Source: Octopus vulgaris (taxonomy: Eukaryota). Taken from it: a stretch of DNA of 64,000 nt. The notes beneath the pieces were generated by a model that searched no databases, was not told the DNA's origin, and was given only the letters and a program-made list of their open reading frames with translations. A program made the position numbers and the translations under genes. The DNA is taken from the NCBI GenBank assembly GCA_951406725.2, contig OX597841.1, forward strand, positions 26,660,001 through 26,724,000. Reading direction: 5' to 3'. Below, piece after piece: positions 53,564-64,000 of the stretch (position 1 is the stretch's first letter; each line of letters starts with the position of its first letter).

Positions 53564-53902
53564 TGTATGTATGTTGCTTTTATACTTTTTTTTACTTGTT
53601 TCAGTCATTTGACTGCGGTCATGCTGGGGCACCGCCGTTTTAGTCTTCAGATTCTTTGGGAGAATATTTAAAAGCTGTGGGCCCTTGAAACCCAGGCTGT
53701 TGCAGTAACTTAATCATGTTTTTTTTTTCTTTTTCTGTGACCTCATCTGCTTCTACAAACGCCTCAAGGTATACGAAGATATCGTAAATATCGTAATTTA
53801 TCGAATTCAGAGGATTTTTTATGCAAATGTAAATTGCAGTACATTCCTGGCCCTCTTTGTTGGAGGCAGAAAATGAAGTCACTGAAAAAAAATAAATAAA
53901 TA

Positions 53903-54325
53903 GGCGCAGGAGTGGCTGTGTGGTAAGTAGCTTGCTAACCAACCACGTGGTTCCGGGTTCAGTCCCACTGGGTGGCATCTTGGGCAAGTGTCTTCTGCTA
54001 TAGCCCGGGGCCGACCAATGCCTTGTGAGTGGATTTGGTAGACGGAAACTGAAAGAAGCCTGTCGTATATATGTATATATATATATATGTGTGTGTATGT
54101 GTTTGTGTGTCTGTGTGTCTGTGTTTGTCCCCCTAGCATTGCTTGACAACCGATGCTGGTGTGTTTACGTCCCCGTCACTTAGCGGTTCGGCATAAGAGA
54201 CCGATAGAATAAGTACTGGGCTTACAAAGAATAATTCCCTGGGTCGATTTGCTCGACTAAAAGGCGGTGCTCCAGCATGGCCGCAGTCAAATGACTGAAA
54301 CAAGTAAAAGAGTAAAAGAGTAAAT
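53903..54325 (+). mobile_element. SINE family A, full length
   Basis: GGCGCAGGAGTGG to GAAACAAGTAAAAGAGTAAAAGAGTAAA. Confidence 0.92.
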
Positions 54326-54515
54326 AAAATAAAAGACCACACGGTGGTTCAGAAATCCTAGAAGCAGGCAAATCGCTTTTTTACTCCTACCGCTCTAATC
54401 GTGAAAACGTACGGAGGCGTTAAGCAGTGTGGTCTGAAATATGCAAATCATACACAAAAGACGTCTTTTAACGTAATTTCACCATAGTCATTTAAAAGCT
54501 TCCCGAAAAAGATTT

Positions 54516-54917
54516 GTGGAGGCGCAATGGCCCAGTGGTTAGGGCAGCGGACTCGCGGTCATAGAATCGCGGTTTCGATTCCCAGACCGGGCGTTGTGAG
54601 TGTTTATTGAGCGAAAACACCTAAAAGCTCCACGAGGCTCCGGCAGGGGATGGTGGTGATCCCTGCTGTACTCTTTCATCACAACTTTCTCTCACTCTTA
54701 CTTCCTGTTTCTGTTGTGCCTGTATTTCAAGGGGTCGGCCTTGTCACTCTCTGTGTCACGCTGAATGTCCCCCCCGAGAACTACGTTATGGGTACACGTG
54801 TCTGTGGAGTGCTCGGCCACTTACACGTTAATTTCACGAGCAGGCTGTTCCGTTGATTCGGATCAACCAGAACCCTCGTCGTCGTAACCGACGGAGTGCT
54901 TCCATCCATCCATCCAT
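54516..54917 (+). mobile_element. SINE family C, full length, (TCCA)n tail, 11-bp TSD
   Basis: CCGAAAAAGAT at 54503-54513 and 54918-54928. Confidence 0.92.
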
Positions 54918-55261
54918 CCGAAAAAGATACAGTGGAAGCTGGTATAATGCGAGCTCATATACCCTGCGCATTTGAGAAAGGTCTGATGATCGTGGTTTGT
55001 AGACCCTTGACTACAAGTTTCCTCAGTTTCCTTTGGTGACAGAATCATAACAGTAGCAGTGTGGAAGCCTCTTTGAGGTGGTTCAGAAATGTCTTTATAC
55101 TCACGTCGCTCCAATAGTGTTGTAGTTTAACCCCAAATCAACCCTGACGGACAAAACACACGATCCTAAGACAATCCATCGATGGCCATTCCGTGTTTTG
55201 TGCATGCTTTGCATATTCCAGACCACATTGCTCAACGTCCGAATAACATTACTAGAACTGT

Positions 55262-55640
<379 letters not shown>

Positions 55641-55699
55641 TCTCTCCTCTCCCCCAGAATTTCTGGCCCCGTGTCAAAATTTGAAACCATTATTATTCT

Positions 55700-55810
55700 G
55701 GATGGCAGGATGGTTAGCATGCCGGACAAAATGCTTAGCGTCATTTGATCCGGCTTTCCACGTTCTGAGTTCAAATTCTGATTTGGTCGACTTTGCCTTT
55801 CATCCATTTG
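55700..55810 (+). mobile_element. SINE family B, diverged 5' part
   Basis: TGGCAGGATGGTTAGCATGCCGG..CGTTCTGAGTTCAAATTC..GTCGACTTTGCCTTTCATCC. Confidence 0.75.
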
Positions 55811-56945
55811 GAAGCACCCGCACATGCACACCCACACTCTCCCTCTCTCTCTCCCCTTCTCTATCCTTCTTTGTCCCCTTCTTCCTCTCTCTCATTTCTC
55901 TCTTTCTCCTTCCCTCTCCCCCTCATTCTCTCCTTTTCTCTCTCCTCTCTTTCGATATCTCTCTCCTCTCGCTCCTATTGCTCCTTACTTATCCCTCTCC
56001 CCTCTTTCTCCTTATCACTCTCCTCTCCCTTCTTCCCTTGTCTTCTCTTTCTTTCCCTATCTCTCTCTCACCTCTCCTTTTCTCTCTCTCTCACCTCTCC
56101 TTTTCTCTCTCTCCTTTTCTTTCTCTTATCTGCCTCCTCTCTCTCCTCACCTCTCTCACCTTCTCTCTCCTTTTCTTTCTCTTATCTGCCTCCTCTCTCT
56201 CCTCACCTCTCTCACCTTCTCTCTCCTTTTCTTTCTCTTATCTGTCTCCTCTCTCTCTCCATCTCTCTCCTTTCCTCTCTCTCCTCACTCTCCTTTTCTC
56301 TCTCTCACTTTACTCTCCACACTCTTATCTCTCTCCACACTCTTCTCTCCCTCCTCAATCTCCTTTTCTCTCTCTCTCCTCAATCTCCTTTTCTCTCTCT
56401 CCTTTTCTCTCTCTCTCTTTTCTCTCCACACTCTTCTCTCTCTTCCCTCACTTCTTTTCTCTCCCCCTCACTCTCTATTCATCGCATTCTCTTCTTTCAC
56501 TCTCCTCTCCCTTTCATCTCTCTCTCCCCTTTGAAAACTGACCCCTTGGCTCTTTGCCCGATGGTCTGTTGACAGTTTTCGTCCTGCAGACTGCCCAGTC
56601 ACCTGGTCAAGCCGGACTGTCAACACACCGACGCCAAAACCGAACCGTCTATGCAAATAACTTGACAAGAGCGTCCCGTCTCTTATACTAGTTGGTTCGC
56701 TTGACTACATGTTTGCGTATGTGTTTGTATACACACACAGACACATATATATATATACACATATGTATATATATATATACATATATGTATATATATATAT
56801 ATATATGTATATACATGTCTGTGTATGAGTGTATATATATACACATATATATATATATACATATATGTATATATATATACACATATATATATATATATAC
56901 ATATATGTATATATATATATATATATATGCATATGTCTGTGTATG

Positions 56946-57002
<57 letters not shown>

Positions 57003-57652
57003 CAGTATGTATATGGGAAATTATTTGTATATGTGTGTGTATTGTCTATGTAAATATATATATATATATACACACATATATACACACATGCACGGATATA
57101 TGCGCTTACACATATACATGTATAAATATGCATATATATATATACATATATATACTCACACACATATACATAACCATGTGTATACATACATGCGCATTAT
57201 GCCATCGTATCCAAATAATGGCGTGTATAGTGTCTATATTGGATCGTTGACTAATGTTGGTCGTTCAGTATCGGCCATCGCCTCTGGACACTGATAAGTC
57301 ACTAATAACTGACCAGCGGTCAAATTTTTCGGCCATTGTACTGTCATCGCATTTGTATTGCACCTTAAATGAAGCGTGAGTGATTTAGTGGACAGTGGTG
57401 TTTGTGGTACTACCGGACGGGTGGGTGGGTGGTTAGTGGTAGTGCTGGTGGGGTGCTGGGCGGTGTGACAATTCTAGGTGATGGTGTAGGTTAGTAAATG
57501 GTGGTGTTGGTAGTCTGGTTGGTCTTAGTGGTGGTGGTCGTGGCGGTGGTCTTATTGACTGTGGTCAGTAATATTAGTGAATCGGGGTGGTCCTTTTCGT
57601 GGTGGTGGTACTAGTACTGATGGTATTGTAATGTTGGTGGTTGTGGTTGTGT

Positions 57653-57691
<39 letters not shown>

Positions 57692-57974
57692 ATATATATA
57701 TGTATATGCGTGTATGTAAATATCAGTAGATATATATATATGCATATACGTATGTGTATATATATGTAATTGTATGTGTGCATATGTATACGTGTATTAG
57801 TATATGTGCATATATGTATGTGTATATATGCATATATGTGTGTGTGTGCATATCTATATGTGTGTGTGTGTGCATATCTGTGTGTGTGTGTGTGTATATA
57901 TATGTATGTGTGTGTGTATATGTATGTGTATATATGCATATATATATATATATACATATTTGTATATATACGTT

Positions 57975-58027
<53 letters not shown>

Positions 58028-58631
58028 ATATATACACTTATACATACACATTTATGTGTATATATATACGTATGTGGATATACATTTATATATGTAGGTA
58101 TGTCTATGCCTGTGCATGTACACAAATCTATATACGTGTGTGTGTGTGTGTGTATTTGTAGCGCCAATGAAATTCTGTCCAGCCCCCATTTTATCGATCA
58201 GTGTCTGTCTTAATACAAGTTTAATTAATTATTGTCATTTACCCCCTAACGCCCTCCCGCTTTCACTACACCCACACACCTACGCACCACCAATTCCATT
58301 CTCCGCCTCTCGATTCCTCCCTAATCCCGAGGCCCGAATCATTGAATTAGTATGACCCAAATCCCTTTCAAATTGGAGAAAACAAGACCAGTTTTTTTTT
58401 TTTTCTGTTTTCGCTCTTCCTGGACCCTCACACCGAATGAGTCCACGGGTCCTAAGAATACGCCTCGTCAGGAAACCCTACCCTAAACTCCTTTCACTGA
58501 CAACAACCTTCACAAATCGACCCTTGCACGCTGCTGTAGCATCATTGACCCCTCTCGGTTTCTGCCCCTAGATACGGAGGCGTTTGGTTACAATGCAAAA
58601 TGCATTTGACCAGCAGACCCCCTGTCTTCAT

Positions 58632-58724
<93 letters not shown>

Positions 58725-58808
58725 TGTTATTATTAAGGCTGAGCGGTATTCCGTCTCCACGTTCTGAGTTCAAATTCCGTCGATGTCGACTTTGTCTTCC
58801 ATACATAT

Positions 58809-58896
<88 letters not shown>

Positions 58897-59147
58897 ATAT
58901 ATATATACATACATATATATATATACATATATATATACATATTATATATATATATACATATATACACACACATATATATATATATATATATACATATATA
59001 TAATATGTATATATATGTATATATATATATATATATATGTATGTAGATATATACATATATATGTGTATATATACATATATGTATATATATATATACATAC
59101 ATATATATGTGTATATATACATATATATATATACATACATATATGTG

Positions 59148-59210
<63 letters not shown>

Positions 59211-59611
59211 CTGTGTGTGTGTGCATGTATACGTACACAACTTCAGAGTGAAGTACCTTCAACCAAAGGAATCTTTCTCTTGCAGACCCCCTACTCACTC
59301 ATACTTACCGTATCCTCCGCTATTTCCTTTATGTTAACTCCTAAAAGGAAAAAAGAAGGGTCCACATACTGCTGTTTGGGTTAATATCTTGACTTGCCCC
59401 CAAAAATCTGCGCCTGACACCCCTCCTACCCCATACCAGTCTGTTTTTTTATACTTCTTTGGGGTTTTTTTTTTCTCTTTGTCGGCGTGGATGAAATCGG
59501 TCTTCCAGATGAATGGAATATATTTTTTTAATATTCTCCCACCCTGTGGTGTATACTACTACAGCTGCTACCCTCCCCCACACATATCTATTTATCTATT
59601 GTATGCACGTC

Positions 59612-59667
<56 letters not shown>

Positions 59668-59728
59668 TATATACATATACATGCACATGAAGTTACAGTA
59701 TACAGTATTAAGATACATTTTATACACG

Positions 59729-59772
<44 letters not shown>

Positions 59773-60006
59773 GAATGAATGTGCATATATATAATAGTGT
59801 ATGTATGTGCATATATATATATATATATATGCATATGTATTTATGAATATGTGTGTTAATATGTATGTGTATATGTATGTATATATTTATGTACATATAA
59901 ATGTGTATATATATGTATGTATATATGTATATATATATTTGTATATATGTATATATATTTGTATGTATATATGTGTGTATATATTTGTGTATATATATTT
60001 ATATTC

Positions 60007-60077
<71 letters not shown>

Positions 60078-60204
60078 CCGAAATTACTACGATGATCCGG
60101 TTCTTGACTGAAGACTGAGGGTTTCGAATGTCCTGTCCGTGTATATTGTATCGTTTTCTTGAGTTATACGTTCTTGTCCATGTTGTATTTTTCTACATAC
60201 CTTA

Positions 60205-60246
<42 letters not shown>

Positions 60247-60325
60247 ATGTATATATATATATTTCGTTTTTGTATTTGGTATGCCAGATCCTTTATATGA
60301 ATTCGCGTGTTGAAGCATATTTTAT

Positions 60326-60560
60326 TGTGTCTGGGTAGAGTCATATTCTTTTTGTCCCTTATTACCTAGCACACTCACCGGTTCGATTTCTACTCAATTA
60401 CTTATTTATTTCTTTTCCTAAATTTAAAAAAAAATTTCCACAACCATTATTGAAGATTTTGCAAGATGCATCAAAAATTTTGGATAAAATAAATGAGTGG
60501 AAATCGAACCGGTGCGTGTGTTAATAAGGCACTAAAACAGAATTACTCACCCCAGACACA
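60326..60560. mobile_element. Imperfect palindromic element between (TA)n tracts
   Basis: TGTGTCTGGG..CACCGGTTCGATTTCTACTCA (left) vs TGAGTGGAAATCGAACCGGTG..CCCAGACACA (right). Decayed hammerhead-like TTGAAGA..TGCAAGATGCA..AAAAATTTT in the centre. Confidence 0.65.
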
Positions 60561-60563
60561 GTC

Positions 60564-60608
<45 letters not shown>

Positions 60609-60698
60609 TTATAAAATTAATTAAGGGTAGAAATCAATATTTATCAATTAAAACCAGTGGTCTAACATATTAAAAAAATCCGAAGATTAAAAATATTT

Positions 60699-60979
60699 AT
60701 ATATACCAATTAAGGACTGAACACGAAAAAGTGGACAGTCAACATGCTAGATATAGACGTCAAATCGCCATTCTCCACAAAAGATTATGTTCTGAGATCA
60801 AACTCAACACCAACCCAAGCAATAAACAAGTGAAAATATACGAAAAATAATACTCATCCATGTACTGAATCAGTTTCGACTATTATTATCCAGAGAACAT
60901 AATCTTTTGTGGAGAATGGCGATTTGACGTCTATATCTAGCATGTTGACTGTCCACTTTTTCGTGTTCAGTCCTTAATT

Positions 60980-60988
<9 letters not shown>
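60699..60988. mobile_element. Perfect inverted repeat (about 95-bp arms, 100-bp spacer) adjoining (TA)n
   Basis: 60699-60793 is the reverse complement of 60894-60988. Confidence 0.85.
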
Positions 60989-61025
<37 letters not shown>

Positions 61026-61550
61026 TCTATCCGGCGATAAATTCGTTGGTCGAAACCTCGAAGTTAGAGTCGATACTATTCTTGTTAAAGAATAAATTTG
61101 TCTTCTACCAAATTGTATTGAGAAATTGTTGAATTTACTGGAAAATTATCTCAATTCTTGCATAAAAGCAAACCAAACATTAGCGTACACACACACACAC
61201 ACACACACACAAATGTGTATGTATGTGTGTGTGTATGGAGGGGGTTATATATGTATGTATGTTGCTTATTAATGTTAAATATAAAGATGTATATTTATAT
61301 GTATATATATGTGTGTATGTGTGTTTTTGTGTTACGCATAAAACGAACCCGTACATATATACACATACATGTTTTGTATGCATATATATAAGTGTGTATG
61401 TATATGTTTATTTAAACTATATATATATATATATATAAATCTTATTGTTATATAAATATATATTTTATATAACATATAGGGATACAACTTTGCAAACACT
61501 TATGTCTGCATACGTTCATGTGTATATACATGTATGTATGTATCTATCAC

Positions 61551-61584
<34 letters not shown>

Positions 61585-61634
61585 ACACTATTTGTCTGTC
61601 CGTCTGTCTGTCTGTCTGTCTCTCTCTGTCTCTG

Positions 61635-61679
<45 letters not shown>

Positions 61680-61706
61680 ATATATATGTATATATACATA
61701 TATATG

Positions 61707-61740
<34 letters not shown>

Positions 61741-62298
61741 TCCATATCTAACAATCTACCTCTCTTCCTGTCTATCTATCTATCTATCTACATACATACA
61801 TACATACATACATTCACAGCTACACTCTTAGCCATACGTATATGCGTTCTTAAACTGGTATATGTGTGCCCCTACATTATATATATATATATATATATGT
61901 GTGTGTGCGTGTGTGTGTGTGTGTGTGTGAAAATATACCTGTACATCACCCCCCCCCCGTCCCCCCCACCACCACCACACGCAAATTATATTTGAAGGTA
62001 AGTGAAGTCGGTGATTCTCTTTGTAGTTTAAATAACTTTACAGGGAACAGATAAACGGAAGCTCAAGGGGGAGTTGCATTCCTCTGTGTGTCGGTGTAGG
62101 GGCGCACGTGTGCGTTTGTGTTAATGTTTCGGTATCAGGAAGTGTTATTGAACACGCATGCGTATAACACTAACCATGCACATTGTGTGTGTGAGTGAGT
62201 GTGTGTATAATACGTACGTGTTTGTATGTATATTCTATATGCATGTTCCTAACATGTGAAAACGCGGTTTTAAAAGAGAACCTGAACATAATTATATA

Positions 62299-63168
62299 TG
62301 GCTGTGTGGTAAGTAGCTTGCTAAACAGCCACATGGTTCCGGGTTCAGTCCCACTGCGTGGCATCTTGGGCAAGTGTCTTCTGCTATAGCCTCGGGCCGA
62401 CCAATGCTTTGTGAGTGGATTTGGTAGACGGAAACTGAAAGAAGCCTGTCGTATATATGTATATAAATAGGCATAAGAGTGGCTGTGTGGTAAGTAGCTT
62501 GCTTACCAACCACATGGTTCCGGGTTCAGTCCCACTGCGTGGCATCTTGGGCAAGTGTCTTCTGCTATAGCCCCGGGCCGACCAAAGCCTTGTGAGTGGA
62601 TTTGGTAGACGGAAACTGAAAGAAGCCTGTCGTATATATGTATATAAATAGGCATAAGAGTGGCTGTGTGGTAAGTAGCTTGCTTACCAACCACATGGTT
62701 CCGGGTTCAGTCCCACTGCGTGGCATCTTGGGCAAGTGTCTTCTGCTATAGCCCCGGGCCGACCAAAGCCTTGTGAGTGGATTTGGTAGACGGAAACTGA
62801 AAGAAGCCTGTCGTATATATGTATATAAATAGGCATAAGAGTGGCTGTGTGGTAAGTAGCTTGCTTACCAACCACACGGTTCCGGGTTCAGTCCCACTGC
62901 GTGGCATCTTGGGCAAGTGTCTTCTGCTATAGCCCCGGGCCGACCAATGCCTTGTGAGTGGATTTGGTAGACGGAAACTGAAAGAAGCTTGTCGGATATA
63001 TGTATATATGTATGTATGTGTGTGTATGTTTGTGTGTCTGTTTGTCCCCCTAGCATTGCTTGGCAACCGATGCTGGTTGTTTATGTCCCCGTTACTTAGC
63101 ATTTCGGCAAAATGGACCGATAGAATAAGTACTGGGCTTACAAAGAATAAGTCCCGGGGTCGAGTTGA
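62299..63168 (+). mobile_element. SINE family A: 181-bp tandem array of four heads followed by one body
   Basis: GGCATAAGAGTGGCTGTGTGG restarts at 62470, 62651 and 62832. Units are nearly identical. Confidence 0.92.
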
Positions 63169-63192
63169 CGCCTGCGTCAATATATATATACA

Positions 63193-63610
63193 TACTCTTT
63201 TACTCTTTACTCTTTTACTTGTTTCAGTCATTTGACTGCGGCCATGCTGGAGCACCGCCTTTAGTCGAGCAAATCGACCCCGGGACTTATTTTTTTGTCA
63301 GCCCAGTACTTATTCTATCGGATCTCTTTTGCCGAACCGCTAAGTAACGGGGACATAAACACACCAGCATCGGTTGTCAAGCAATGCTAGGGGAACAAAC
63401 ACAGACACACAAACGTACACGCACACATATATATTTATACATATATACGACGGGCTTCTTTCAGTTTCCGTCTACCAAATCCACTCACAAGGCATTGGTC
63501 GGCCCGGGGCTATAGCAGAAGACATTTGCCCAAGATGCCACGCAGTGGGACTGAATCCGGAACCATGTGGTTGGTAAACAAGCTACTTACCACACAGCCA
63601 CTCCTGCGCC
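63193..63610 (-). mobile_element. SINE family A, full length
   Basis: Complete head, body and tail. Confidence 0.92.
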
Positions 63611-63855
63611 TATATATATATATATTTATATAAAATTTTAAGGGATACTTGGTTCTCCTGTATATAAATATTTTCTCCGACTGACATGCTGTGTGACACA
63701 TAATTTAAACATAATTACAATTTGTTTTTTCTATCTGATATATTTCCCTCGCTTGTGTCGTTTGTCTCTCTCCCTTATCCCCGTGTCCTTACTGCCCCCA
63801 CCATCAGCTCTCACAAGACTGTGCCGTGTCGTACAGTTATAAATATCTTCTGTTC

Positions 63856-63900
<45 letters not shown>

Positions 63901-64000
63901 GTATATAAGTAGTTGAATGAATTATCTTATTATGGATAATTCGGTTAACCGATACCTGGGTAGCAAATTCACGTCAGAAAAACACGGATGAAGCTACATG

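Noticed and set aside
57247-57325. Possible pre-miRNA hairpin
   Set aside because: Pairing is short and interrupted, and it matches no miRNA I recognise.

Overview
Eukaryotic, AT-rich DNA saturated with microsatellites ((TA)n, (CA)n, (TATC)n, (ACT/ACC)n, (GAT)n). The SINE repertoire and composition suggest an octopus (coleoid cephalopod) genome, which is an inference. I find no convincing host protein-coding gene: almost all listed ORFs are translations of simple repeats or SINEs. Recognisable content: (1) about 30 copies or fragments of a tRNA-derived CORE-like SINE (family A), often with tandemly duplicated heads; (2) a second SINE (family B) that forms head-to-tail multimers with a fixed junction; (3) a third SINE (family C) with TSDs, one copy apparently carrying a 3' transduction from another; (4) a young 5'-truncated CR1-type LINE nested in a SINE head, inside a row of RTE-LINE remnants; (5) two Tc1/mariner derivatives, a piggyBac-like MITE and several foldback structures; (6) a tRNA-Asp-derived gene with an ATT anticodon. 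The most notable signal is a dispersed set of short non-coding modules next to (TA)n tracts that carry hammerhead ribozyme motifs. One is fully canonical (29805-29902, minus strand), several are minimal or variant, and one sits in a 193-bp-arm palindrome. They are most consistent with non-autonomous Penelope-like retroelement termini. All coordinates were read by eye and may be off by a few bases.
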